A stretch of 64,000 nucleotides of DNA, from assembly GCA_951406725.2 (NCBI GenBank), contig OX597824.1, positions 13,392,001-13,456,000 on the forward strand. Direction: 5' to 3'. This document shows positions 1-14,104 of the stretch, piece after piece. Numbering within the stretch: the stretch's first letter is position 1; every line of letters begins with the position of its first letter. The notes beneath the pieces are model-generated. The model ran no database searches, was not told the origin of the DNA, and worked only from the letters and a program-made list of their open reading frames with translations. A program made the position numbers and the translations under genes. The DNA comes from Octopus vulgaris (taxonomy: Eukaryota).

Positions 1-1164
1 GATTTGATATTTCTTTAAAGAAAAGAAGAATGCAAGCTCCAACATGACACCCACATGAAAGTTCCTATCTGAATGTAGTATAATTACATAGCGTTAGTAT
101 TACTGTTTAGACTCAGATCTCTTTCGATCGAGCTGACCTTACGATCAAAAGTACTTCAGCTGTGACCATTCTGTTTATTTTTTGTTTGTCAATGAAACGC
201 TGAGAATGGTAGTATTCACACACACGCGCCATTATTGTTATCAGGGTAGTGATTGAATTGGTAAAGATTTTTGGTTGGTATTTCTTGCATATCAAACAAA
301 TACATCGTGAATCGCTTATTGGCCACTATGCATTACCTGCACTGTATATAGGAAATGCTATATCTACTCTCTGTGTATGTTTCTCTCTCTGTCCACACAC
401 TAAGAGATACGCACAAACACACACACGTACACAGACACGCACACGCATTAAGACACACCCACATATATATTCATCCCCCAGTGTGACCCGGTATAAGAAT
501 ACTACCTGGCACCTTAGTTGTTTTTGTATAGTCCACTCTGCTGCAAAAAATTCGGGCAAGGAATTGCAGCAGTGACCACTGCGTAGATGTGGAACAAAAA
601 TCTTGACAACTCAGGAAATAAATTCAAAGTTTGCAGATTTTTGTTTTATTAGGTGAAGACAGTAGTTCTTCCATCCGGGAATTGCTTCAGTTATAACACA
701 CGAACTCAGATCAAATTACTTGCTAGACAAATACTACTCTGAAATATAATTACATAGTTAGTTAGAAAGTAAACTTAACAAGCAATATATTTCTCAAAAT
801 CTTACATAAGAATGTCAATTTGATAACTAAACTGAAGACATTTATTATGATACTTCAAAATTCTCTGCCTTAAAGCTGATACTTTTATTCGTGTTTACCA
901 GCATCACTAAAACTTCGTTTTTATATCATCTGCAGCAAGACAAGGTTAGAATAGATAAAATGATCGATATCTGACATTCCTTCTCACACTCGCAAGGACT
1001 TGACTTTTCTGTATACCAGCAGCAAACGCTTCTGATTTGACTCTACAAGAGTCTACAAGACTCTACAAATTAAAACTCGAAGTTTGTTGTTGGCTTGAAT
1101 ACGTCATGGGTAAATTCAAATACTTTCTTTTCGTTCATGCGTTTATGAGACTAACAGAAATATT

Positions 1165-1415
1165 AAATAAATGCGCCCTTTTAAAGTCTAGCCAGGCTCA
1201 TGGGCCCGATTTCCCGGTTTCAATGGGGTATGTGTTCCCTGTCCATGACGCCTGTCCATCGCAGCGTTACTCATTTTTGCCAGCTGAGTGGACTGGAGCA
1301 ACGTGAAATGAAGTGTTTTGCTCAAGAACACAACGCGTCACCCGGTCCAGGTATCGAAACCACAATCTTACGATCATGATGCTGATGCCCTAACCACTAA
1401 GCCACACGCCTCCAC
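1165..1415 (-). mobile_element. tRNA-derived SINE, family D
   Basis: Minus-strand head GTGGAGGCGTGTGGCTTAGTGGTTAGG...GGTTTCGATACC (A/B-box-like); central ttgagcaaaacacttcatttcacgttgctccagtccactcagctg shared with 53222 and 61599; imperfect TSD acagaaatatta/acagaagtatta. Confidence 0.85.
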
Positions 1416-1479
1416 AACAGAAGTATTAGTCACTATCATTATTAATGAGAATTATATTGTTGATAAGCTTCATGCTGTT

Positions 1480-1600
1480 CTTAATCAAGGAGAGCTATGA
1501 TCTAGGACGTCCCAGTCGAAATCATCCAGTATTTTACTTTTGATAAACACATGTCTGTAGCTACACTGTCTCATGTAGCTTTTTAATGTAGGTTTGCCAA
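1480..1600 (+). repeat. Old dispersed repeat, family E (decayed)
   Basis: Motif caag.agacctatgatcaaa...ccag.c shared with copies near 1835, 5760, 7300, 14110 and 16870. Confidence 0.5.
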
Positions 1601-1829
1601 CAGCGGCGGGTTTATACTTGATGAGGCTCTAAGACATACATAAATCTTAGATGAGGGTTACTAAAGCATGACAATATGATAAACTGCGTATGGCTTTCAA
1701 TTATTTTGAGGTTCCTGTGAATTGGGAGCTTCGAAGCTCTAGTTTGTATTTAAATCCAGTATCGTTTCTATCATGAAGATCAGAAACAAAATCTAGCGTT
1801 ATTATTATTACTTAACCATACATCAACTC

Positions 1830-1980
1830 CTATCAAAGCAAACTAATGATCAGAGGCGAATCATGACGATTCGACATTTTTACAATCATCACTGCAGTCC
1901 TCAAGACAGCAGAATATGATCTGAGAGAGATTTCGTTGCAATATCTAACTAGATCAACGACTACGTACAGGCTGGCTTTT
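1830..1980 (+). repeat. Old dispersed repeat, family E (decayed)
   Basis: aatgatcagagg start motif plus gagagatttcgttgcaatatctaactagatcaacgactacgtacaggct end motif, as in other copies. Confidence 0.45.
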
Positions 1981-2330
1981 TTATTAGTGAAAATGATGAC
2001 TAAATAACGAACAAGATAACACTTTTACTGCCTTTTTATACACCTCCATACTAAAGTCAGCACAATATATATATTTCTGTACTTGAACACTTACATATAC
2101 ACATTCATGATAATATTATCCATGTAGAATACTGGTTCGTGTTGAAGGTGGCGGTAGAGGTGGTTAGCGGTGGCGCAGGAAAGAGAACTGTAAATGTTAC
2201 TTTATATTTAGAGCTAAAACAAAATGGAAGTCACGAATACCAACGACGCATTGAAGCGTGGCATTGGTTAAATGATTTCAATCTCTCTCTTCATACATAC
2301 ACACTCAAAGGATGAAAGACTAACAGAACT

Positions 2331-2333
2331 ATG

Positions 2334-2401
<68 letters not shown>

Positions 2402-2448
2402 AGAACGAAAAGAAGAAAAAAGATGCTTTGCAAGAAAAATCAATGAAG

Positions 2449-2483
<35 letters not shown>

Positions 2484-2611
2484 TATCTATTTATATGTCT
2501 ATATCTATATATATATATATATATATATATAAATCTACATACACACATATATATACATACATGTATATACATACATACATGTATATACATACATATCTAT
2601 ACATACATATC

Positions 2612-2643
<32 letters not shown>

Positions 2644-2699
2644 CATATGTATGTATGTATATGTATGTATGGATATGTATGTATGTATAGATATGTATG

Positions 2700-2766
<67 letters not shown>

Positions 2767-2862
2767 ATTTATATATATATAGATATAGATATATAAATAG
2801 ATAGACATATATATATATATATATATATATCTATCTATATATATATATATATGTATATCTAT

Positions 2863-2905
<43 letters not shown>
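2331..2905. repeat. (TA)n/(TACA)n/(TATG)n microsatellite complex with internal inverted duplication 2481-2806
   Basis: Direct reading; gtctatctatttatat at 2481 is mirrored by atataaatagatagac ending at 2806. Confidence 0.9.
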
Positions 2906-2906
<1 letters not shown>

Positions 2907-3259
2907 TCTTAGTTAATTGATTCTTCTGGTAAAGCATCCTTTCACCTTTGCTTTTTCCCCCTTTTTTCATTCATTTTTTCCTTTCATCGCCATGTTTGTT
3001 TTCACTGTTTTTCCCATGGTTTTACTACGTTTTAATTCATTCCATTTTCATATTTTACATTTCCACTTTTGAAGTTTCATTCTCACGTTTTTTCTTTCCA
3101 CAATTCTTCTTCTTCTTCTTCGTCACATCAACTTTTCACCTAACCTTTCTTCTTTCTAGCTTTTTTTTTGTTTCACCTCAGGCTTTTTCGCTTGTTACTG
3201 CACTTACATGCTCTTTCCCTTTTATCACTGATCCTCCATTACGTCGTCTGATTCTCATT

Positions 3260-3260
<1 letters not shown>

Positions 3261-3297
<37 letters not shown>

Positions 3298-3315
3298 TTA
3301 CTACTATGACTACCA
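3261..3315. repeat. (ACT)n microsatellite
   Basis: Direct reading. Confidence 0.95.
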
Positions 3316-3425
3316 CTGCTGCTGCTGCATTCGCAATCATTGATACTTTTCCTTCTTAGCACTTTGAATGATATACACGATTTATCATGTTTTCAAAAGC
3401 TGCTGGCAATGCACTCCTGCCTCCC

Positions 3426-3456
<31 letters not shown>

Positions 3457-3478
3457 GTTATATACAAGTTGTGCAAGT

Positions 3479-3783
3479 GTAGCCACGGGCCGACCGAAGC
3501 CTTGTGGGTAGATTTGGTAGACGGAAATTGAAAGAATCCTGTCGTTTATATATGCATATATCTATGTATTTTGTGTCTATCTTTGGCCCTCATCACCACT
3601 TGGCAACTGGTGTCGGTGTGTTTATGCCCCTGTAACTTAACGGTTCAGCAAAATAGACCGATAGAATAAGTATTAGGCTTTAAAATATAAATAAGTCACG
3701 GGGTTGATTTCTTCGAATAAAACCCTTCAAAGCGGTGTCTTAGCATGGCCACAGTCAAATGACCGAAACAAGTAAAAGGTAAA
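3479..3783 (+). mobile_element. SINE family B, 5'-truncated
   Basis: gggccgaccgaagccttgtg...cggttcagcaaaatagaccgatagaataagta...gcatggccacagtcaaatgaccgaaacaagtaaaag matches 25268 and 40598. Confidence 0.85.
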
Positions 3784-3810
3784 TGATTGTGAACATGTAT
3801 ATATATATGA

Positions 3811-3847
<37 letters not shown>

Positions 3848-4127
3848 TGCGGATCGAAATAAGGCATTCCCACCATTTAACATGGTACATTTATTGACCA
3901 TAAATGGACGAAAAGCAAACGTAATCTCAGCATTATTTGATCTTAGATCGCAGAAGGTCGATACAGATAGCGCAAGACATGCTAGCCAATGCTCTTTGAA
4001 CTTGCGAATTATACCTCTAGCCAGATTTTTCCAAACAATGCTGTCAAGAGCATTTTTGGGTTCTTCGTATTTTGTTATTCGTGTCTCTATCAGATTTCAT
4101 ATATTATTTATATATTTTTTGTACAAT

Positions 4128-4722
4128 ATGGAGCAAGTATGGCCGTGTGAATATGAATCTCGCTTTGGAATCACTTAATTTCGGGTCCATTTCCGCTGTA
4201 CCACAGTAGGGCAAGGGGCTTCTACTATAACGCTGGGCTGAACAATGCCTTGTTAGAGAATTCAGTAGACAAAGTCTGTGTAGAAGCCCGTCGTACAGAT
4301 GTATGTCTATATACATATATGTTTGTGTGTGTATGTGCATGTACATATACATGTTTGAGTGAGTGTGTACGTATGTAGACGTTATGAACGCAGGAGGTTT
4401 TATGTCTATGTATTGTGAGAACATGGTTGCGAGTATTTTATATCTTTTATATTTTTTCTACCTTCGTTTTATTCAACGGTTTTTCATAGCGTCTATTGCC
4501 ATTAATAACCGACGAGAATGTATCGTTTCCCACTGCTATCGCTTGATAACTTGTGTTAGTTTGTTTACGTCCCAGTAAGAAAGAGGTTCAGCAAAAGAGA
4601 CAGATATAATAAAACCAAACTTTCACAAAATAAGTTATGGAGTCAATTAGTTCTAAACTATTGAACGCAGGGCCTCAGCATGGCCGCAGTCCAATGACTG
4701 AAACATGTCAAAGATAAAAGAT
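4128..4722 (+). mobile_element. SINE family B, decayed, internal microsatellite expanded
   Basis: tatggccgtgtg head, agaagcccgtcgta, gcatggccgcagtccaatgactgaaaca tail. Confidence 0.7.
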
Positions 4723-5754
4723 AAGGACGATCAGGAGAAACATCACAAGTACGACCATTTTCAATAGCACAGACATCATAACATCGAACATATCAACACT
4801 ATGACTAACAAATCATCAACTTTATCACCTCATCGCCGCATCCACCATTAATCGTTTATTTTATTTAGAAAAAAAACATATCAAGTACAGATGAAAATTT
4901 AATTCGACATTTTCAAAAGTAAGCAAGACTCAAAACAGCAATGAACATATAAAAATAAATAAATAAGTAAATAGACAACCTAAGTTTATAAAATGATATA
5001 CATAGTATATTTGTTTGAGGTAAAATAGTAGGTGTGTCTCACTGTTTTATCATCATCATCATTATCATCATCATCATCATCAAGACCATCATTGACGCCT
5101 TTTGAAGTAAAGATTTCGACTTGAAATACCTGAATACACATCGTACCATAGCAGTCATAGTAGATATTGAAATATATACTTACATTATTGATAATGCATG
5201 TTTTTTTTGTATTTATTTATATACTTGTCTTTATTGATATTTTTTTAGTGTTTTTTTTTTTTGTTTTTAGCATTCCATTAACATCAAAAGATCTACCTAT
5301 AGACACGATGTGTGCGTAGATCGTACTTATACAGATACATACACATACAAAAGTACAAGCACACACACACATGCACACACACACACACACACTCACACAC
5401 ACACACACATGCGCATACGTGCATACATATGGTCACACAGTCCATAAATACTAAATGTTCGCTAGTGACTCAACAACGTAGTAATGGTAACAAGGCGTTT
5501 TTATAAGAACGCATACACACACACACACACACGCACACACACATACACACGCTCACATACGCACACATACACATAAGCACACTCACACAAACCTAGACAA
5601 TTATCAAAAGTGAGAGTTATAGACAGAGTGCGACGGCATGTTCAATCACTGATCGGATCATTTTATTAATCTTATTCCTTGCAGCCGCAATATAGCAAAT
5701 GCTGATGCTGATGATGATGATGATGATGATGATGTATCTATTATTGTTGCTTAA

Positions 5755-5952
5755 TATCAAGTCAGTCCTGATCAAGAAGATCTATGATCAAATCTGCTTC
5801 CGTTGTTGATATAACACACACACACACACCCATGTACTCAGCTCCGTTATCCATAGCGTCAGTGTTATTTTTATCACTGTAGGGTGTAAGGCGAGATAGA
5901 TTTGGGTGCTATTTATGTTAAGTCTAACCATCATACAGAGGCTTATTCTGTT
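5755..5952 (+). repeat. Old dispersed repeat, family E
   Basis: gatcaagaagatctatgatcaaa ... gatttgggtgctattt...cagaggct. Confidence 0.55.
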
Positions 5953-6279
5953 CACTTGGTGATAGTATTGACCTGTACAGAAGCGCTAGACTAGCAAACA
6001 GTAGTGTAATCAAGTCTTCCAGTGATCTGTAGTATCTCGCCACCCCCCAGTACTCTACTAAAACGACTCTAATTCGAAGTATTGTACCTTTTTACCATTA
6101 AAACTGAAAGAGACTGTGTCTGTGTGTGTGTGTATGTGTGTGTGTGTGTGTAATTATGTATGCTAGCAAAAATACATTTGGAAATTGTGTTATTATGAAC
6201 TTGCTGGCGTAAGAACATGCACAAACATCCACAAACTCGTCTACTTATGTCTGAATAAGACATCCACATAAAGACATAT

Positions 6280-6498
6280 TATTTCTTTATTGCCAACAAG
6301 GGGCTAAACATGGAGGGGACAAACAAGGACAGAAAAACGGATTAAGTCGATTACATCGACCCCAGTGCGTAAGTGGTACTTTATTTATCGACACCTCGAA
6401 AGAATGAAAGGCCAAGTCGACCTCGGCGGAATTTGAACTCAGAACGTAGCGGCAGACGAAATACGGCTACGCATCTCGCCCGGCGTTTCTGCCGCCTT
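6280..6498 (-). mobile_element. tRNA-derived SINE, family A
   Basis: Consensus body atcgacccc...gaaaggcaaagtcgacctcggcggaatttgaactc; TSD ccacataaagacatat on both sides. Confidence 0.92.
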
Positions 6499-6532
6499 CC
6501 ACATAAAGACATATGTATATATACATACTTAT

Positions 6533-6567
<35 letters not shown>

Positions 6568-7289
6568 TCACATTTATTATTAGAGTGATAGCTTCTTCAA
6601 TGTTAACAATAGGCTTCACGTTGGTATTAATTTAAACGACTGAAGTAGTGAAGCAGCGTGACAATACATAAGCAACAATATACATCGATTGTGAATAATC
6701 AACTATACATAACGATTGGGCCTTTTGCTGAAAACAAATTATATAACATTTTATTTCGCTTTCTTGGTTGCAAATAATCAAATCTGTATAAACTGTCCAT
6801 TAATCATATTTCAATGTGCTTACAAATTTTTCGTACATATTGTTACGCCGGTTTCCGTTTTCACACGCTTGAATAATCTGAGCAACTTGACAGTCACGGG
6901 TACGGATCAGATATATGAGTTCTTTCTTTAATAGAATATACATATCTTGCTTCATGTGTTGAAGAATTTTTACTCTCTGTAAACTGAAAAGCTCAGATAT
7001 ACATCGTTGTTCGTGACTTTGTATGTGTGTGTGTGTGAATAAAATTACATTTTAAACATGTTTAAAGGATAGGAGCAGATAGCATCTACTCTAAGCAAAG
7101 AGGAGGAGAAAATTCCGTGTTTCGTGTGTAATAGACAAGAAAGGACAAAGGACATTGCAAAGTAAAATGTTTTTCTCGAAATTCTAAAATTTCCTTTAGT
7201 TGTATATTGAAGCAAATTTTAGAAAATAAGATGGTTTAATAAAATGGACATGTAATATTGGCAAGCATGCAGTGGTCCGTATTCTTTAG

Positions 7290-7490
7290 TTCCAGGCCAA
7301 CTCTTATATCATAAGCCTATGATCAAAGATGTTCCAGGCGTGACTACGTTGTCATATTTTCAGATATGATATATTTAAGGCTACATTGCATAAGGCAGTC
7401 TTTATATTTCTAAATATGGCAGCGCAGAATTTGATTTATAAGTACATTACTAACTAGTTGAACGATCACGTAGAAGCTTCCTCGTTTGTT
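7290..7490 (+). repeat. Old dispersed repeat, family E
   Basis: cctatgatcaaagatgttccaggcgtgac ... aacgatcacgtagaagcttcctcgtt. Confidence 0.55.
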
Positions 7491-8219
7491 TATACAGATA
7501 GAGTATGTGTGTATATATCTGATATATACTTGAGTGCAAAAGTGAATCTGTGTATAGGTGTAATCATCAAGCAAAAGAAATTAAGGAGCAAATTATTGCT
7601 TCCTGTTCGAACCGAATTCACGAAGTCACTTGACTTATGACACGAATACTCTTGAGTGAAAGCTGGATCTCTCCCTGTCTCTCCTCCTCTCCTTACACAC
7701 ATAAACTATTATTCCCTTGTACTTTGGGCTTCACAAAGAATACATACGCATCTACACACGTATGCAATCCTACAAAGTAAACACACAATTCAAGCCTACA
7801 AGCAAACAATGCCCATAGGCGAATTCTGAATGTGTGCGCGCGTATGTGTGTGAGGGGAAGGGGGAGATGCGTTGTACACAAATGTCAAATTAAGCTCTTA
7901 ATGTCTTCAGTAAAACATTAAGCTCCTTTATATGCTAAAAAACTTAGTTATTTTATATGAATAATCGTTTCTTTTTTCTCACACATTCACTCACTTACGT
8001 AGTCATTCTGTATTTCGCAACATTCTGTTCCTATCTAGTCTTTCTACCTTTCTCGTTTCTTCCCTTTCTTCTTTTCCTATTTACTTTCCCCCCCCCCCAC
8101 TCTTTTTTTCTTTTATCTCTTCCTGTAACATATTTCCTTGTGAAACAAGTCTTTTCAACTTGTTTCTTTATTGAAACATGAAACAAAAGAGAAGCAATAT
8201 AATATACATACATACATAC

Positions 8220-8324
<105 letters not shown>

Positions 8325-9559
8325 TGTATTTATTGACTTTGAGACATTTTGATAAATCCATTGTATCTTGTTTCTCTAAATGCATTAAAATTTGATTTGC
8401 AGTTAGAAAAACAAAGAATTCTCAATATAACTTGATATTGATGCTTATTTGCAATTCGATAACTATGTCACAAGAGATTGGGGAAATGTTTTACCAGTGA
8501 ATATCCAATTAAGAATAAAATAAAGCAACAAATATTCAAGTTATATCGGATAACTTGTTGTTGTTAAAAGGTTTATGAAATATATATTTATACTTAAGTG
8601 GTCTCCTGGCATGAGGGTGTTGCTACTTATCTTTTGGAAATAAAGGCGTCTTGTTGAAATCAACTCCAGTGCCAAATAATATCAAGAAATAAGACACCTT
8701 ATGATCTGTCTTCAAAGCCATCGAAACAAAATGTTGTTGCAAATATCACCAGAACATTTAACATCCAAAGATCGGGGTCAATATTACCAAGAATAATAGC
8801 GTTGATAAACAATCAAATAATGGAAAGTGAGGTTAGGTATCTTATTTTCAATAATTGTTATAAATAATTAACCTATAATGTCTAAAACACTTTACTAGAT
8901 CACTAAACAATGAAATATTTCTGTACATTTGTATGTGAGCAAAACTCAGTGATTTCACTCTTGAAATACCTTCTATCTGTTTCGGCCATTGAATAACCAG
9001 TCTACAGTTCAGTCTAGTGCGTTCCAGCAAGGGTAAGTTAATATAGAAAACTTTACCATTTTGAGAGGCTCATTTCCTTTTAAGTGTCGGAAGTTATTTA
9101 AACTTAAATCAGTTCAATTGTTTTGAATTCATATGACGAAATATATTGTCCAATAAGACATTCGATTTTAATAACTCCAGGTTTACAAACTAATGGACAT
9201 TTGTTTGCCATTTCTACCAATTTGAATCACAATTTGAAGAATTCCTTTGTTGACACAAATTGACAGTCCATCAATTATGACGTTATTGTTTATAGATTTA
9301 CATATGGTTTGTTGATTAAGTAGCTATTAATTAAACAACTGTTAAATACTAGAATGTACTTTAATTAGTCAAAAGGCAAAGCTTTCAAGTCCAGAAGACC
9401 ACTTGGCAGAAGCGTTTTCTAGGATCAGTGCAAATAAGTAGCGGATTTGAATCCTGATTTTTACCATAAATTTGGGGCTGACCAAATGCCTTGTAGGTGA
9501 AATTTGATAGATGCGGATTTTCCTCTTACTATTTATTTCTCTTTTACACTTCTTTCTTT

Positions 9560-9600
9560 CTTTGTCTAGATGAAGGCCAAATATCCGAAACGTTATGATG
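9560..9600 (+). ncRNA. Degenerate hammerhead-like motif in a PLE-like T-rich fragment
   Basis: tAGATGAagg..ccGAAACGTTa; first core bases deviate from CUGAUGA. Confidence 0.35.
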
Positions 9601-9777
9601 CTTTTTCTTCCAATTAAAGCATTTTGTAAAAACTTTGTCCATCCAGTGTTTTTTTTAAAAATTGTTCATTGGATTTACACATTAAATGCATACATATTGA
9701 ACATATGCAACATACAGGCACATACACAGATATGCGCGCATACATACATGCGTACAAAATCCATACATACAATTTCT

Positions 9778-10008
9778 TATTTCTTTATTGCCCACAAGGA
9801 GCTAAACATAGAGGAGCGAACAAGGACAGACAAAAGGATTAAGTCGATTACATCGACTCCAGTGCGTAACTGGTACTTAATTTATCGACCCTGAAAGGAT
9901 GAAAGGCAAAGTCGACCTAGGCGGAATTTGAACTCAGAACATAGCGGCAGACGAAATACTGCTAAGCATTTTGCCCGGCGTGCTAACGTTTCTGCAAGCT
10001 CGCCGCCT
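9778..10008 (-). mobile_element. SINE family A, full length
   Basis: Ends ctcgccgcct (head ggcggcgag); TSD atacatacaattt. Confidence 0.92.
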
Positions 10009-10493
10009 TAATACATACAATTTTTATATAGACTATTTGGCTATAAACACTCAGTACTTGTGTTCCTTTTTTTGTAGTATAAGCATCTTTTCACGTAAGA
10101 AGAGGAAGCAGTTAAGGCAGAGATAAACGAGAATTTTAAGATTTAATGTCCATGGAATTCGGAAACCTAAAATATTAGGGTGTATAAAAAAGAAAGAGAT
10201 AAATGAATAAAGTCACTCTCAGAAACCGTGATTTTATTTATTCTTCAATCCCCAACTGTTTCTTTTCATTACAAAAATCAATTTTGATAACTGTAGAAAA
10301 TATATCATTAACGTTATCAATACAATCAGTGCAAAGAAATATATTGTTTTTACACCCCCCACCCCACACACATACACATAAAGTATAAACGTGCGTGCGT
10401 TCGCACTAACACACATTGATATGATTCAAAAATTCCAAAGGCAGAACAAATTTCAAAATATATAAAGGTATTATTGCCCATTAAATTACAAAG

Positions 10494-10528
<35 letters not shown>

Positions 10529-11480
10529 GAGAGAGAGAGAGAGAGAGAGGAAAGAGAGACTCAGAGGGGTGATGTAGAATTTATTATATATTTATCTTAT
10601 TTAATCTAATTGCTTGTCATAGTCTTTTTTTTATTTTCTTAATTATTTGTTTCATTTGTCAGTAAATAATGTAAAGATTATCATCATACGACACAGTCAG
10701 AAAAATTCTTCCTCCGTCCCTCCCTCTCTCTCTCTCTCTCCGCAAATGGCTCTCTCCACATAAACACTCACACACACATAATAAATTTAAAGAGAGAGGC
10801 ACAAAAAAAAAAAACAATATTACAAAAGCAAAGAATGCACAATACTACGAAAACACGCAGCTCTTTTTGTATCGAAGCAAGAGGAAATGGTAGAAGTGCT
10901 TCTGTCTTTTCAAAAACAGCTGCAATCACAGAAATCTTTATGAACACGTCGTATTCAAAATAAAATCCTCAAGACGAACAAACATATAAATACTTAAATA
11001 AAAAACACGAATCTGATTTAACAAATAACATAAATATCAAGGCAAGACTGGTGATTCTCTGTGCTCTCTCGGTCCGCTAGTTATAACGACCAAATCTACC
11101 TTATATCATACGCTATGTCAATAATAGAAGTAAACATCGGATAAGGTAGTGCTCAATAAGATAAGTCATCTCCCCAGCAAATAAGATTTTCTTAGCAAGG
11201 AGTCGAAACGTCTTGCGTCGTATGTCTGCTGCTGAGTTAGGGCTAGACTTGGACACACACACACACACTGTCTGTCTGTCTGTCTCTCTCTCTCTCTTTC
11301 TGTCCTGTTGAATTTATGAACAAATTTACGAATTCATGGATAAAATGGCTACATATTTCTCTGGGATTGGTCAAGTAATACAGAAACCCCTCTGGTGTGA
11401 ATCCAATCAAGTTCGAGCCTGCATTAAGTTTATTTTACAGAGAAACATTTAAATTTGTCATGTTTATTTTTCTACTACGC

Positions 11481-11532
<52 letters not shown>

Positions 11533-11536
<4 letters not shown>

Positions 11537-11798
11537 TTGATGTCATGTTAAACTGTCGTATGTCCAAATTTGGCCAAATACGCTTTTTTCAATATTTATT
11601 CTTGATTGCAAAAGCCCGTTTTTTTTATTTTGCTTTTTTTTTGTCAAACTATCGTATCTCCAGCTGCTTCAGATGCCAAGATATCAAAAATAGTCAAAGT
11701 GTAGTACAACGGTTTCATTATAGAATGATTAAACTATTTTTTTCCTTTTCTGAGAAAGCATAGTTTTGGACTTACGACACTTTTGCATAATAACAACG

Positions 11799-11800
<2 letters not shown>
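11533..11800. mobile_element. MITE (~268 bp) with ~36-bp imperfect terminal inverted repeats
   Basis: atcgttgatgtcatgttaaactgtcgtatgtccaaa ... tttggacttacgacacttttgcataataacaacgat; lies between (TA)n and (TG)n tracts. Confidence 0.75.
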
Positions 11801-11834
<34 letters not shown>

Positions 11835-12092
11835 AATAATAATTAACTTTTACAAGAGAAGTTGAATTGCATTTCTGGAAACTTCGTCAGATGGATCCCA
11901 TTGGAATTGCTACAAAACCAGTTCTCTAGGAGTCAATCATAATTAAGTGGATTACAATTCAATTTGCTCGATGAGTTATGCCCTTCACCTTACTTGTACC
12001 CCCCCCTCCTCGTTCTTCCCAGAACCATTAACTATATTTGCGTGTGTGTATGTGTGTGTGTATATATATATATATATATAATATATATATAT

Positions 12093-12124
<32 letters not shown>

Positions 12125-12157
12125 ACTTGGAAATGGATTCGTGGCATTCAATCAAAT

Positions 12158-12165
12158 AATATATA

Positions 12166-12209
<44 letters not shown>

Positions 12210-12505
12210 TATATATGTATATATATATATATGCATATATATGTATATATATATATATGCATATATATGTATATATATATATATGCATATATATGTATAT
12301 ATATATATATGCATATATATGTATGTATGTATATATATATGCATATATATGTATGTATGTATATATATATATATGCATATATATGTATGTATGTATATAT
12401 ATGCATATATATGTATGTATGTATATATATGCATATATATGTATGTATGTATATATATGCATATATATGTATGTATATATATATATGCATATATATGTAT
12501 GTATG

Positions 12506-12538
<33 letters not shown>

Positions 12539-12599
12539 ATATATATATATATATGCATATATATGTATGTATATATATATATATATATGCATATATATG

Positions 12600-12637
<38 letters not shown>

Positions 12638-12755
12638 TATATATGTATGTATATATATGTGCATATATATGTATATATATATATGCATATATATGCATGT
12701 GTGTATATATATATGTGCATATATATGTGTGTATGTATGTATGTATGTATATATA
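12158..12755. repeat. Compound (TA)n/TGCA/TGTA satellite
   Basis: Direct reading; source of the long YI-repeat ORFs. Confidence 0.95.
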
Positions 12756-13319
12756 ACGTAATAAAATGCTTTCTAGTAAAATGATAAATAAATGTCAAAT
12801 GTCTTTGAACTTTCTGAACAGATGCAGTTGAAATATTAGCTTAGCAATTCGTTACTGCCACGTTTCTTGCACTAATTCCCTTTACTTGCTTAAGCTGCTC
12901 AAAAAAAAAAAAAAAGTGAAATAAGCGTCATTCAGAGGCTTATTGGATAATGTAGTCATAACGAAAACTTCTCAATAAAGTATACCTTGAGTAACATAGT
13001 ACTTAATACATTACAATTGACGAAAATACGAATGGCGGACAGCTGAAATGACTTCAGTTATTAGTTTTAGCGATCAGAATTAACATAATGTTAAACACCA
13101 GAAGAACAACATATAATTCACTACAAATTTTAATTATATTTGGTAAACATTCTAATTACACGATATATATCAATATGTTTCTGTTGTAGCTCTGATGCAA
13201 TCTGATCTACGTCGTCTTTGTAACCGCCTAAATTCAATTTACTTGACTTTATAGCAATGATCGCCCTTGCTTTGTTGGCGATTGTAAATACTCCCAAGCG
13301 GGAGCTTTGTCTGGGAAAA

Positions 13320-13704
13320 GGAAGCACTCCGTCGGTTACGACGATGAGGGTTCCGGTTGATCCGAATCAACGGAACAGCCTGCTCGTGAAATTAACGTGT
13401 AAGTGGCTGAGCACTCCACAGACACGTGTGCCCTTAACGTAGTTCTCGGGGATATTCAGAGAGTGACACAGAGAGTGACAAGGCCGGCCCCTTGAAATAC
13501 AGGTACAACAGAAACAGGAAGTAAGAATGAGAGAAAGTTGTGGTGAAAGAGTACAGCAGGGATCACCACCATCCCCTGCCGGAGCCTCGTGGAGCTTTAG
13601 GTGTTTTCGCTCAATAAACACTCACAACGCCCGGTCTGGGAATCGAAACCGCGATCCTATGACCGCGAGTCCGCTGCCCTAACCACTGGGCCATTGCGCC
13701 TCCA
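13320..13704 (-). mobile_element. tRNA-derived SINE, family C, full length
   Basis: Head TGGAGGCGCAATGGCCCAGTGGTTAGG...GGTTTCGATTCCC; near-identical to 55411-55793; TSD ggagctttgtct. Confidence 0.93.
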
Positions 13705-13861
13705 CCGAAGGAGCTTTGTCTATTAAGTGAATGAATAATCTAAGACGATCTAAGTAAATTTTTCTCCTGGCGATATGTAAAAATCTACAGAGTAATTTGG
13801 AAGGAATGCTACTCCTGATATACTTTCCTTTAGCCACAGCGCCAATATTCTGTATCATAAA

Positions 13862-14068
13862 GGCGGCGAGCTGGCAGAAACGTTAGCACACCGGGCAAAA
13901 TGCTTAGCGGCATTTCGTCCGTCTTTATGTCCCAAGTTCAATTTCCCCGGAGGTCGACGTTGTTTTTATCCTTTCGGGGCAGATAAAATAAGTACCAGTT
14001 GAGCACTGGGGTCGATGTAATCAACTTATCCCCTCCCCCAAAACTGTGCCACAATTTGAAACCAATAT
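13862..14068 (+). mobile_element. SINE family A (alternative 3' tail)
   Basis: ggcggcgagctggcagaaacgttagc ... gataaaataagtaccagttgagcactggggtcgatg. Confidence 0.88.
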
Positions 14069-14104
14069 TACATATAAGATATCGTGTTGTTGATAATACG
14101 CAGA

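Noticed and set aside
11985-12798. Long ORFs of 178-237 aa (also 2331-2970, 49189-49775, 51036-51705)
   Set aside because: Y/I/M/C/H repeats produced by stop-free microsatellites
13130-13704. tRNA gene-like sequences and ORFs in SINE heads (also 55411, 1350-1415, 61599)
   Set aside because: Continue into SINE bodies, often with TSDs; not complete cloverleaf tRNAs
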